From: the human T2T-CHM13v2.0 reference genome, Homo sapiens
Strand: one strand, 5' to 3'
DNA: 64,000 nt
Assembly: GCF_009914755.1 (NCBI RefSeq)
Contig: NC_060926.1
A program made the translations under genes and the position numbers. Below the pieces are notes generated by a model, which had not been told where the DNA came from, ran no database searches, and saw only the letters and a program-made list of their open reading frames with translations. Positions 35,062-52,107 of this stretch are shown piece by piece (the stretch's first letter is position 1; every line of letters starts with the position of its first letter).

Positions 35062-36115
35062 GGTCCCCCCGGTTGGTTGCAGCCATGTTGAGACTGATGC
35101 TGAGGAGGACCCCAACTGTCACGAGCAACACCCATTGAACACAGCCACCTACTTGGGGACAGATCAAGAAGCTGTCACAGATGGTGGAAGAAAACCTGAG
35201 GAAAGCGGGACAACCAGTCACAATGAGTAATTTAATGATAGCTATGATAGCGATGATCACCATTGCTGAGAGTATTCCTCAGCTGACACAGAGAACAATT
35301 ATACTTATTGGGCATATTTATCAATCTTGGCTGGCAATAATGCCTGGATATAATCACTCTATGACACATTTACACATGCTTTCTGATCTCAGCATTTACC
35401 ATAATAAATCTGCTCCTATAATTGAGGCATACTGCCCTCAAAAACCTATTTGTAAACAGAATTGGACCTGGCCAGAAAAAATGAACATACTTGTTTAGGA
35501 AGATTGCATTGCAGAACAGGCAGAGGTTCTGCTCAACGATTCCTATGGTATCATTTTTGATTGGTCCCCTAAGGGGATATTTAGCTTAAATTGCACCATT
35601 CAGTCTGCATGCCATGGCCACACTATGTTCAGCGGGTCTGAACAAAACGGTCAGATGGTAGAAATGGTAAGAAGTATGGCAAGAGTTCCTATTTTGTGGA
35701 AACATGGCAGTATAGTGGCACCTCAACCTCAAATAATACGGCCTGCTGTAGGAGCTAAACATAAGGATTTGTGGAAACTCTTAATGGCTCTTAATAAGAT
35801 CAAAATTTGGGAAAGAATAAAAAAGCATCTAGAAGGACACTCTACAGACTTGTCTTTGGATATTGCAAAATTTAAAAAAACTAATATTTAAAGCATCCCA
35901 GGCACACCTGACCTTAATGCCAGGAACTGGAGTGCTTAAAGGAAATGGATAAAAACACTTGGAAGGTCTGTGATTTCAATGATGACTGTGCTTTTAATCT
36001 GTGTTGTTTGTCTTTGTATAGTCTGCAGATGCAGATCCTGACTCCTGTGAGAAGCAGCTCACCTTGACAAAGCTGCCTTTGCTTTTATCGCTTTGCAAAA
36101 CAAAAAAGGGAGACA
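35020..36115 (+). pseudogene. env: env remnant: signal peptide, part of SU, TM C-terminus; polypurine tract at ~36097-36115
   Basis: TWGQIKKL-like and LMIAMIAMITIA signal region, WERIKKHLEG..LSLDI TM remnant. AAAACAAAAAAGGGAGACA precedes the 3' LTR. Confidence 0.8.
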
Positions 36116-36626
36116 TGTTGGGAACAGGCCCCCAAATCTGGCCATAAACTGGCCCCAAAACTGGCCATAAACAAAATCTCTGCAGCACTGTGACATGTTT
36201 GTGATGGCCATGACGCCCACACTGAAGGTTGTGGGTTTACCAGAATGAGGGCAAGGAAAACCTGGGCCACCCAGGGCAGAAAACCACTTAAAGGCATTCC
36301 TGAACCACAAAGAATAGAATGAGTGATCTGTGCCTTAAGGATACGTTCCTGCTGCAGATGGGTCTAGCCAGACCCATCCCTTTGTTTCGGCCCATCCCTT
36401 TATTTCCCCTAAGAAATGCTTTTAGTTAATCTGTAATCTATAGAAACAATGCTTATCACTGGCTTGCTGTCAATAAATATGTGGGCAAATCTCTGTTTGG
36501 GGCTGTCAGTTCTGAAGGCTGTGAGACCCCTGATTTCCCACCCCACATGCTGGATTTCTGTGTGTGTGTCTTTAATTCCTCTAGCGCCTCTGGTTTAGGG
36601 TCTCCACAACTGAGCTGGTGTCGGCA
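36116..36626 (+). mobile_element. 3' LTR (MER9), 511 bp
   Basis: Direct repeat of 30512-30990, AATAAA at 36472-36477. Confidence 0.93.
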
Positions 36627-36759
36627 GAAGAAAAAATACGACCATTTCAATAGATAGAAAAGCTTTTAACAAAATTCAGTATCATTCATAATAAAAATTC
36701 TAACCAAACCAGAAATTAAAGGAGGTGCTTTTATTGGAAGACAATTTTCTACGGATGTA

Positions 36760-37500
36760 TTTTTTTTGCAATTTTTTAATTCTAGCAAAATACGTAACAT
36801 AAAATTTTAATCGTCTTGAAGTGTACACTTCAGTAACATTAAGTACATTCATGATGTAATGCAACCATCACAAATACCCATTTCCAGAACATTTTCATCA
36901 TCCCAAACAGAAACTGTATTCATTAAACAATAACTCTCCATTCCCTGCCCCACTCCTGTAACCTCTTTTTATTGTTTGTCTCCATGAGTTTGCCTATTCT
37001 AGGTACCTCATTATACATGCAATCAATCATACAATAACTTCCCTTTTGTGTCTGGCTTATTTTCACTTGGCATAAAGTTTTCAGGTTTCATCCATGTGGT
37101 AGCATGTGTCAAAATTTTATTTCTTTTTAGGCTAAATAAAACACCATTGTTTGTGTACAATATATTTTGTTCATCCATTCTTCTGTTGATGAACATTTGG
37201 GTTGTTTTCACCTTTTGTCTCTAATGCTGCTATTAACATTGATGTATAAGTGACTGCTGGAGTCCCTGCTTTCAATTTGTTAGGATACCTAGAAGTAGAA
37301 TTGCTGAATCATATGGGAATTCTGTGTCCAACTTTCCGAGGACCCACCAAACTGCTTTCCACAGCAGTTAGACGCTTTATATTCCCACCAGCAATGCACA
37401 AGTGTTCTACTTTCTCCGTATCCTCTCTAACACTTAATTTCTGTTTTTATGTGTTTTATTTTCATAATAATCATCCTAATGAGTGCAAAGGAGAGTGTCA
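36760..37500 (-). mobile_element. L1MB-type 3' end
   Basis: Antisense L1 3' motifs (ILTHATTWMK on the minus strand). Confidence 0.75.
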
Positions 37501-37512
37501 TTCATTTTTGCA

Positions 37513-37940
37513 TGTCTTGCAAACAGAGGCACTGACAGTGTTTTTTTCCAGACTATCTTTTCAAGAATGTTTGTATAGTGAGCAGCCATGAAAAGTAGAT
37601 ATAGTATCTCTCTTCAGAGAAGAGGACAAGTTTGTTTGCTGTCCAGTATCATAAAGATAATGGCTTACTCTGGGGCAAAGGTTGGACAAGTTTGCTTGTA
37701 CCCTTTATAAAATATTTAGATTTCCTAAGCAGCATCCCCCTGGGCTACTCAGCATAACCCCAAAGGAGTGATGAGAGCCAATGTGATCATAAAGCTGATG
37801 TTGCTTGCTGAGCTATAATAAATTCTTTGGTCTTTGACCCAGAAGTCTGATGTCTCTTTCCAGCATCCATGAAACTATTGCAGGCTAGCCTGTTAGCTTG
37901 AAAGTAATATAAAAGCTCACACTCTTCACAGTTCTGGACA
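37513..37940 (+). mobile_element. Solo LTR, LTR47-like
   Basis: TG...CA ends, AATAAA near 37817, and CAGCATCCATGAAACT...CTTCACAGTTCTGGACA resembling LTR47 as I recall it. Confidence 0.55.
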
Positions 37941-39510
37941 TTCTTCTGCCTGATAAAGGCCATCTATTGAAAATCTACAGCAAACATTATACTGAATGGT
38001 GAGAGACTGACTTCTCCTTCTCCCAATAATGAACAAGCCAAGTATGTCCACACTCACCCCTTCTATTCAATATTGTACTGAGGGTCTTTGTCACTGCAAT
38101 AAGGTCACAAACTAAAAAAAGAAGGAGGAAGAGGAGGAAAAAGAGGAGCAAGAGAGAAAATAAAAGGCATACAGCATGGAAAGGAAGAGATAGAACCATC
38201 TTTATTTACAGACACCATGATTATGTATGTAAAAATTCCTAAGGAATCTATAAAAGGCTATTAGAACTAATAAGTACATTTAGCAACGCCACAAGATACT
38301 AGGTAAGTATTTTAAAAATCAATTGTATTTATATTAGCAACAAACTGTTGGAAAATTAAATTTTAAAAAGCAATACCATTAACAGTAGCATACAAAAAAT
38401 GAAATACAAAGGGGTAAATTTAACAAAATATGCACAACACATGTACAATAAATGAAAACCAGAAAACATTGCTGACAAAACTTTAAAAGATCTAAATAAA
38501 TGGACAGATAAACACTGTGTCCATGGATTCAAAGACTTAAATATTGTCAAGATGTCAATTCTTTCCAAATTGATCTATGCATTTATTTCAATCTCAATCA
38601 AAATCCTAGCTGGCTTTTTTTTTTTAAAGAAATTGGCAAGCTGATTTTAAAATTTGTACAGAAAAGCAAATGACTTAGAATAGCCAAAAGATTTTTGAAA
38701 AAAAGAAAAACAAAATTGGATGACTTATACTACCTGACTTTAAAATTTGCTATAAGGCTACAATAACTAAACAGTATGGTATTGGCATAAATCTATATAT
38801 ATAGATCAATGGAACAGAATAGTTCAGAAAATAAAAACTCACATATATATAAGCAACTGTTTTTTGACAAGTACCAAGTTAACTCAAAGGATTAAAGATA
38901 ATTTTTTTCAACAAATGGTGCTAGAACAATTAGATATATATCAACAATGAGCCTTGACCCCTACCTCTCATCACACATAAGTGTTTTTTTGAAATCAATC
39001 ACAGACGTAAATGTAAAAAAAAGCTAACAGTGTAACACTTTTAGAAGAAAACATAAGAGAAAATCCTTCTGATTTTGAGGCAGGCAAAGATTTATTAGAT
39101 AGCACACACAAAAAAATTTAAAAATTAAAAATTAGCCAGATATGGTGGTTGTGTACCTGTAGTCCCAGCTACTCAGGAGGCAAAGGATGTAGTGAGCCGT
39201 GATCACACCACTGCACTGCAGCCTGGGCAACAGACTGAGACCCTATCTCAAAACAAAACAAAATTAAAATTAAAAAATAAAAACAGGTGAATAAACACAT
39301 TATGCTGAATTCCTACAATGGGGCAAAAAACTTTTAATTTTTTTCAGAAATAAAAAGAAACAAACTGCTGATACAATGTGTATGAAACCAATCTCAAAAG
39401 AATACACATATGTGATTCCGTTAACATGAAATTTTTAAAAAGACAAATCTAATCCTCTCTATAGTGACAGAAACCAGATCAGTGATTGCCTAGGACACGG
39501 GCTTGGGTGG
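37941..39510 (+). mobile_element. L1M ORF2 fragments with a partial Alu (~39100-39260)
   Basis: CCCTTCTATTCAATATTGTACTG and AATATTGTCAAGATGTCAATTCT L1 motifs. Confidence 0.8.
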
Positions 39511-39757
39511 GGAGCATTAAGAATCATGCATATACAGCAGAAGGGAGAAGAGCTTCTTGGTATTCTAAGTCAGTGTTTGCAAAACAAAAATAATTTGTCC
39601 TGCTTGACCTGCAGAGTAAGAGAAATAATACAAATTTGTTATTAACATGAAAAACTGAAATAAATTGGACAATTTCTATTACTTCCAGAGCTGATGGCTG
39701 AATAAAAAAACCTTCAACTCATACTAATGACTCCCATGTAGAATATGAGATGGATTA

Positions 39758-40536
<779 letters not shown>

Positions 40537-40859
40537 CTATTGAGTATTTACTATTTGCCAAGCATGGCAATCACCAAGCCAAGCATTTATATATTGTTTG
40601 TTATTTCATTTAATCCTCACATCAACACTATGAAGTTAATGAGGTAAATGTTACCATTTATAGATGAAGAAACACAGACTTGAGGAGTTTAAATTGCCCA
40701 TGGTTGCACTAGTTAGTAAATGATTAAAAAAACCAAGTCTGATTCCAGAATTTGTGCCTTAATTACCAGGATTTACTGCCTCTAGATTATAGGAATATGC
40801 AAGCACAAGAACATGTTTGGCCACTGATTCATTTGCTAAACAAATCAGCATGAAGCACT

Positions 40860-41460
<601 letters not shown>

Positions 41461-42219
41461 TACATGAAGCACTTATCAAAGCCCCACCACTGTATTGGGC
41501 CTTGTTGGTAGTGAACAAAACGACAAGCCTCTGCCCTCATGGAGCTTATCTTCTAGTGGGAGGAGAATAGATAAAATAAGAAATTGCAATAAAATATCAG
41601 AAGTCATAAATGCTATGAAGAAAAATAAGGTGAGGAAGAGGAAGTAGAATCAGGTTGACGGTTGCTATTTTAGACAAGTTGGGCATCTGAGCAGAGCAGG
41701 GCATGGAATGATGTGCAGGAGACTGCAAGTATCTGCAGGAGGAGCCTCTAGGCAGGAACCAGGGAAGATAAAGGAAGTGCAGCCCTTTGATGTGTTTACA
41801 GGAACTGCAAGAGTAAGAGTTACTGTACCCGGAGGAAACTGCGATGGTAAGACTGGTAGGAGATGACAACTGAGAAACATTCAGGTTCCAGGACCATGTC
41901 ATGTGTGGAGCTCTGCTGGTGCTGTGGTAAGAACTTAGAACCTAAGATCAGGGGAGCAGGGAACCAAATGTACATTTTAAAAAGTCACCATTGTGTCATG
42001 AGATTTGAAGACTGCTCATAGCAAATCTTAAATACAAATTCTTAGTCAAATACCTTCTGACAAAACAGTATATCCTATGTACTATAATCTGTTATAGTTA
42101 CCCTTCAAGCCAAAATAACTCCTAAATCATGAAACGTACAATCAGGAAGTTAAGAAAGAAGGAGTTGTTTCTCTAAACTGATATCCATATTACTGCACCT
42201 TATTTAATGATTTACTTAT

Positions 42220-42486
42220 TTTTTTTTAGAGACAGAGTCTTGCCCTGTCACCCAGGTTGGATTTCAGGGGCACGATCATAGCTCACTGTAACCTCACACT
42301 GCTGAGCTCATGCAATCTTCCCACCTCAGTCTCCTGAGTAGTTAGGCCTACAGGCATGCATCGCCATGCCCTGCTAATTTCTTTTTATTTTATTTTTTAT
42401 TTTGTAGCGATGGGATCTCACTGTGTTGTGCAGGCTGGTCTTGAACTCCTAGCCTCAAGCGATCCTCCTGCCCTGTCCTCCCAAAG
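42220..42486 (-). mobile_element. AluJ
   Basis: Antisense diverged Alu. Confidence 0.85.
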
Positions 42487-44740
42487 ATTACTTTACTTTA
42501 TTAACAAATGGTTTTATATGGTAAAATCTTACCTATTCTCATTTGTTTAAAGGTCAGCCTACATTATTGAAAAGTATATTAAAATATATACTTACTGCTT
42601 TTAAATGTAATTGGAACTAAACCATCCAAGTTTTTTAGGACATTAAGGGAATAGAGAAGAGTAACTTTACAATTAGCCTACCTGATAGATTTCATTAAGT
42701 AATTCAAGCATTCTCAAGTAAGCCCTTAAGAGAATGCTTACAGTATTGCATCTCTTAATAAGCAGAGTAAAAGTAAGTAAGAAGCTGAATCTTGATCAAA
42801 TTATAGTCCTATCAATTCTACAACAACATAATTTAGCTGAAACACTTACTAATCTTTCAAGTAACTGCCAGCCAGCACACACTTTAAGAACTCAGATGTT
42901 TTGGTATCTTTCTAGTCAAATGAACAAGAAGCATGTCAGTAGGAAAACTTCACCTGACATCATATTGATTTAATTTAAAGGACTGCCACCCACTTTCTGC
43001 CTTCACTTGCACACCAATCTGAATTTTTAAAGGAAATTATATATAAATTGTTTTTTCTTGAATGAAAGCATATGATGATAATTCTGTGTTTCCTTGTAAT
43101 TTGATTCTGTGTAAATACTATCTTTCCCTTCTTTTAAATGAATTTTCCCCAGGAAATGTATAGTCAGCTTTAATTCATTTTAAGAACAATCGTTGATTAT
43201 TCAAATGAGAAATTACAATGTTTAAATACTTTCAGCCAGCTGTTGGAAGAGGCAATGGTGTACTGATACATTTCAGCTGACATACTACAGTCTCTTTATC
43301 AGTGGAGGTAAAAGCATGGCCATATATAATTCATTAGTATTCTCTCTCTCTCTCTCTAATTGCTTTCTAGTAGAATTGCAGAAAGGAATTCTCACTCTCT
43401 TCTGTTTCCCTTGGGGGTTTGCCTTTGTTACGACTCAACTATAAGCTCTATATGGAGTTGCAGCTTTTGAAATAGAGCATTAATTGGAAGCAATTATTCA
43501 ATTATAGCAGCTGTGGCTATGCTGTATCCTGAATATTTACCAAGAAAAGAAAGCAGTTAACAGATGATTTAATATAGCAGCTTGGCAATAATGAACCTGC
43601 AACCAACACTGCAGTTGCATAACTAATATCTTCAATGGCTGAAATATTCAAGAGTACATGGTATAAATCTAAAAATAAAATAAGAGACTATCAGGCTTGA
43701 TTTTTGAAGCACTGCAAAATGTGTGAAGTCAATTCAAAAGTAATCAAAGAACTTATGTTTGTTTATTATCTAAACATGTGTGAGATTTCGCCAACTGCTT
43801 GATATTAAAAGTAGATAATGTTTTCAACTTTAATCGATTCTTTTTCTTTTACTCTTTCGATGCCTCATGTAGGTACTCTGAAGTCTTATTATAAGGCTGT
43901 CCTTGAAATTGATGCTTTGGAACCACTTTAGGTACTTCTCAGATAAGCACCAAGCAGAACCTCCCCTGTGTGAAATTCCACTCTGTAACCAATGGTGTGA
44001 TAATGAGCTGCCTGCTAGTCATTTTCTGCCTGTAATCTATTCAGCTTCTCGAGTGCTGACCAAGTGCTTGGCAGAGAATGGCTTTGGCTGCGCTAGGATT
44101 GATTAAATTGATGAGAAGACAATCCATATGCTGTCAAAAAATATTTTTATGGGCAAAAATTCACTACTAATACCTGCAATATTGGTTCCGAAAGAAATGG
44201 AGAAAATGTTTCATCAAATTTATTAGCTCTATGTTAAAGAAACGAAACAAAGGAACCGAAACACTTTGCTACCAACTCTTGAGTCATCTTATTGGTGCTG
44301 TCTTGACAAAGAGATGCCATTCTTTTATTTGCTATGATGTCACCTTTGTCCAATCATAACCTTCCGTATGGGAGTAGGATAACTCCGGAGACAAGGTGAG
44401 TGACAGCAGCAAGCAACGCAGCAGTCACTAGGCAACAAGATCCAGCCTTCAGTGGAAGAGAATCTTAAAACATTTAACCCCCACACTGTCTGGGTGTCTC
44501 ATTGCTGAAATGGCAGTAATCTCTGGACAAAAGCCTAATGTGAATAGGCAGCTTGTTTCTGAAGCCATGTTTTTTCAGGCACTGTGAGGAAACTTCCTTC
44601 TTAGACTAAGAACATTACTCAATTTGAAAAGATTGGTAGAGTTAGAAATCTTTAAAACTGCTTTTTCACAGGGTCACAGTTTAAGCCACATGAGGATCCC
44701 CCCAGTGTGTTTAGAACTGTTATTCAATTGCTCCCCATAA

Positions 44741-44975
44741 GCCAGGCTGCTGCACAGGTCTTGTAGTCTGTGCTCTGCACAAAGCCACACTACAGAAGGG
44801 GGTGAGTGGGACTGAAATCAGCCTGTGCGCTCTTGCCAAGATATACCCTTGTTAGGGCAGTCTGGAGAAGGGTATCTTTATCTAATTGGTTGCCCTGATG
44901 GGGCGCCATTTTGTAATTTGTCTGCCTGGAGGAGGCGCTTTTTCCTAACTTGCACAGAATTGCTCTGTGAGCTCT
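44741..44975 (+). mobile_element. MER91-related hAT-Tip100 remnant
   Basis: Shares GAGTGGG.CTGAAAT and CCTGGAGGA..CTTTTT motifs with 16027-16220. Confidence 0.5.
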
Positions 44976-45529
44976 TAGGTGGGGGGCACTGCAAGTACAT
45001 CTTGTGGCCCCCACTAGTCAAAAGCTCTGCAAGACTGTCTCTTCTCTTTCACTTGACTCTTGCTGTAGAATTTAGCACAGGCTGGACAGACCCAGGTGTG
45101 AACTGGTGGTGTTGCTTTCAAACTGGATTTCCAGAATCGCCTCATTCAGACTGTTTTGGTTTGTTTCCAGAAAAAATGTCCTCTAAAATTTTTCTCATGA
45201 AGCAAATATTTTGTCAGTTTGTGAGAGCTAATTGTTTAATATTATTTTCCACCCCCAAACAGTTACACAATATAATGATTTTCTTAAGATAAACCCTACT
45301 GTTTCTTAGTCAGATCAAAAAGTGATTGACGGGCATTTATTAAGTGGGCTCTTTGAGAACAGTGGGTACCATGTTTCTCTAACAGTGTCTGGCACAGAGT
45401 AAGTGCACATATCTCTTTGCATGAGTGCATTAATCAATTGATTAATTAATTAACAGTATTTACTTAGGGGAATCCAACAGGAGAGTTATATAATACATTG
45501 GAATTGTCAGAAAACCTACAGGGATTTTT

Positions 45530-45813
45530 GTTTTTTGGTTTTGAGAAAGGATCTCATTCTGTTACCTAGGCTGGAGTTCAGCGGCATGATCAGAGCCCAC
45601 TGCAGCCTTAAACTCCTGGGCTCGAGCAATCCTTGCCTTTAGCCTCCAAAGCATCTAGGACTACAGGCATGTGCCACCATGCCCAGCTAATTTTTGTAGA
45701 GATGCGGTCATACTATATTGTCCAGGCTAGTCTCAAACTCTTCACCTCAAGCCTTCCTCTTGCCTCAACCTCCCAAAATGTTGGGATTACAGACATGAGC
45801 CACTGTACCTGGC
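45530..45813 (-). mobile_element. AluJ
   Basis: Antisense diverged Alu. Confidence 0.85.
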
Positions 45814-47235
45814 CAAGAAACCTCACAAGTTATCCAGTACAACAGTTTTTATGCAGTTGAGGAAACTGAGACCCAAATAACTAACCAATTCGTACATCTA
45901 GTTAAAAGCATAGCCAAGTGTCCCTATAATTAGCACAATATGGAGACTAATTTAGATTGTAATCATGTAGAGAGCAAAGATCATTTCCATTGACGTTGCT
46001 ATATGCCTTACCTATAGTATCATTAAACCTCTATTCAATGTTGGTGCCAGTACAGTTGATGACTATAATGAGTTTGCAAAAATAAAAATTGGATCCTGTT
46101 CAGAAATAACCAGGCTGTGGTTGGCTCATTGTGACCACTTTTCTTCTGGAATATAAACATCTCATATTATAGTGATTATTGCTTTGCAACCTGTATTTTG
46201 TTCTGTCATTGAAAGTTTTTACAATCTAATTAAGGAGACAGGACTAACATAAGATAAATTAGAGAAAATACAGCCAAAGATTTACTAAGCCAGGCATTTC
46301 ACGTCTTATCTAATCCTCACAAAGGGCAGACCCAGGATATCAAACCAGTTTTCTTATTCTGAAAACGTTTTTATCCTGAAACCAATATTTCCCAAACTTG
46401 TCCTTCATATTTTTCATACTGTCACCTGTGCTATTTCTTTAATATTTTTCTTTAGACTGACCCACTTTTATCTTAGTGTTATTCTAAGTCATAATACTCC
46501 TTAATGTGTATAACAAATACATATTTGTCCTAACGTACAGGAATATATCTAAAAATGTTTATTTGTGCCTTCAGCAGTACAGGGTCACTCCTTGAGAAAC
46601 AGCAGACTACACTGTGCTTTTAAATGTGCAATGACATTAAACATTATTGAGTGCCAAACAATGCCATAAATTTTCCAAAAAGGGCGAAAGCCAGTACTGA
46701 CTTATAACTGATTTAATTTCACCCTAACAAGATCTTCATGAAATTATGTTAGATATCACAGTCTTATGTTCAAATTTAGCTGCTAGTTCAAGCTTTGCCA
46801 TTAAATGGCATGATCTGGTATCCTTCTGTTTCCTCATAAGTCAAAGAGAAGATTGGATTAGACAAATTCTGAAGGCCAACATTCTAGGAGCTCAAATCAT
46901 CTGCATTACTTCTTTGTCTCTCCAGTTAGACAAAGGATCCTTGCATGCTGGGAGATCCCCACGCAGGAATTTAAAATGTGATGGAAACACAGTGGCCATA
47001 GTAAATGTGAATATGCTAAAGTTCCTGCTAACTCCTTTCAAATGATTTCTTTAAAGAACAAAATTAGCTGTCGTTAACAAGACGTATTTAAACAAAACTA
47101 AAAACACTAAAAATAAAAATAAAGGACTAGACAAACACAGCAAACAAGCCTCCCCCTGCAAAAAATAAAGGTGGTAAAATTAATATCAGACAAGACAGCA
47201 TCTAAGGCAAAAAGTTAGAATAAGAAGGGGTATTT

Positions 47236-48628
<1,393 letters not shown>

Positions 48629-49289
48629 GTTTATAGTTTTATGCTGATAAATCTGAACATTTAGATAAAATGAAAAATTTAATAGAAAAATTGAAAATCC
48701 AAACAGACCAATTACCATAGACAAATGAAAAAAGTTTGTCAAACACTACTACTTCCATTCCCAGGAAAACACCAGTCCAGGTGTTTCACAGTGAATACTA
48801 CCTGTTTTTTCTAGGAGTTTTGCTCTTGTTTCAGCTATTCCAAAGAATAGGGAAGGAAGGAAGGAAGGAAGGAGAGTGTCTTAGTTTATTTTATAAAGTT
48901 ATAAACACCTGGTACCAAAACCAACAAAACATCACAAAAATGCTACAGATTGATCTCCAGAATTGGCCTTTTTCACCTATAAAACTGGCATGGCCGATGT
49001 AACTTAACATTGGCTCCATGTTGGCAGGTGTACACATTGGTACAACCTTTGTGTCAATGAAATTTCGAGTGTTCACACTTAACCTAGAAATTCAATGTAA
49101 AGGAGTTTATCCCGAGAAAATAATAAGGCAAGTGTGCAAAAACATATAAATATTTTAAAAGTTCATTGCAACATCCGTGATCTATTAAGTGCAAAAGGAT
49201 ATTATAAACAGAATGTGTAGCACTTACTTATTTGTTTAGCAAAAATCTAACTAATATGATTATATGTGTGTTTATACATTAAAAAGTCA

Positions 49290-49730
49290 TGTTCTAATTC
49301 CTAGAATCTATGAATATGTTACCGTTATATGGCAAAGAGGAATGAAAGTAGCAGACGAAATTGTTTGCTAATCAACGAACTTTAAGAAAATTATCCTGGA
49401 TTATCTGGGTGGGCCGGGTGTAATCACAAGGTCCTTGTGGGTCCTTCAGGGAGGAAAGAGAGGGAATGTCAGAGTGGTGTTATATGAGAAAGACTCACCG
49501 TGGCATTGCTGGCTTGAAGATGAGCCGACGCAGCCTCTAGAAGCCAAAAAAGGAAAGGAAACACACTCCCACTTAGAGCCTCCAAGAGGAACACAACAGC
49601 CTCACCAACACCTTGATTTCAACCCCGTGAGACCCCTTTCAGACTTCTCACTTCCCAATAATAAATTTATGTTGTTTTTAAGTCATTAAATTTGTGGTAA
49701 TTTGTTATAGCAGCAATAGGAAACTAATAC
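49290..49730 (+). mobile_element. MLT1 (MaLR) LTR
   Basis: ATTATCCTGGATTATCTGGGTGGGCC...TTTGTGGTAATTTGTTATAGCAGCAATAGGAAACTAATAC. Confidence 0.85.
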
Positions 49731-50000
49731 GATAAATGCCTTGATCTCTTAGCAAGAAAACACATTTTCTAAGATTTCCTCCAAGGGTATCCTGAAAGTA
49801 TGGGAGAGGATCACTTCTTTAGTGGTATTCTAAACATTTTTCCAGTAGAGTTAATGCAAAAGATAAACACATATTATCTGTAATCATCTATTTCAGGGGC
49901 CTTAAAATGATATTATGCCATCAAAAGAAATTATTTGTATGTTGAACTTTTCATTTTTCCCTGTTTTCCAAAATTAATAACATTTTGCATCAGCCAATGA

Positions 50001-50776
<776 letters not shown>

Positions 50777-51359
50777 TCACTTCTCCTGAATATATGATGG
50801 TAAATCAACACCATTGCCAATATTTCCAGGGATTCTGAGCCCACAGGGTTGAGCAAAGATGCTTTTATTTTTGCTAGAGATACTGATGACCAAATTTCCA
50901 CTGATTTTTCTTGATCTCCACTCTGCATTTTGCCTCTCATCTCTGTTCACCATTTTATATACCTTGTTACCCGATTAGATATTTTCTTTTCCAATCTCTT
51001 CACTCTCCCAAATACTACTATGACTTAAGGCAATGGCCATAGCAGGCTTTGTTAAACGTTTAGAGCAATGGAGGGTTGCACTGCACAAAACACAGACAAC
51101 CACTTAACATTGTGTATTAGAATTCCTTCCTTTTAAATGTGTGTTGGCCATTTTCAGGACTGGGGAACAACATCACTTTGACTTGGGCTCCAGCCTCCTG
51201 CTATGATACTGGGTCTTCTCTCTTCTTCCCTTGATTGCCCCTTTCCTCTTTAGTTCAAAGTTCTCCAAACCCCAAATTACTGCTCATTGCTCAGGGAGAG
51301 CAGTTTACTTTCATCTCTGTCCCAACTTAGGCCACCCAGCTACCTTACAAGAGCCTCAT

Positions 51360-52107
<748 letters not shown>

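Larger units (their letters stand above)
30512..36626 (+). mobile_element. HERV-K(HML-3)/HERVK9 provirus, defective, with both LTRs
   Basis: TG...CA LTRs, 6-bp TSD GAAGAA (30506-30511, 36627-36632), Lys PBS, and gag-pro(dUTPase)-pol-env order with betaretroviral motifs. It interrupts an L1 ORF2 fragment. Confidence 0.93.

Noticed and set aside
45429-45446. Perfect 18-bp palindrome ATTAATCAATTGATTAAT
   Set aside because: AT-rich and at the tail of an L2-like remnant, so most likely a decayed simple repeat.
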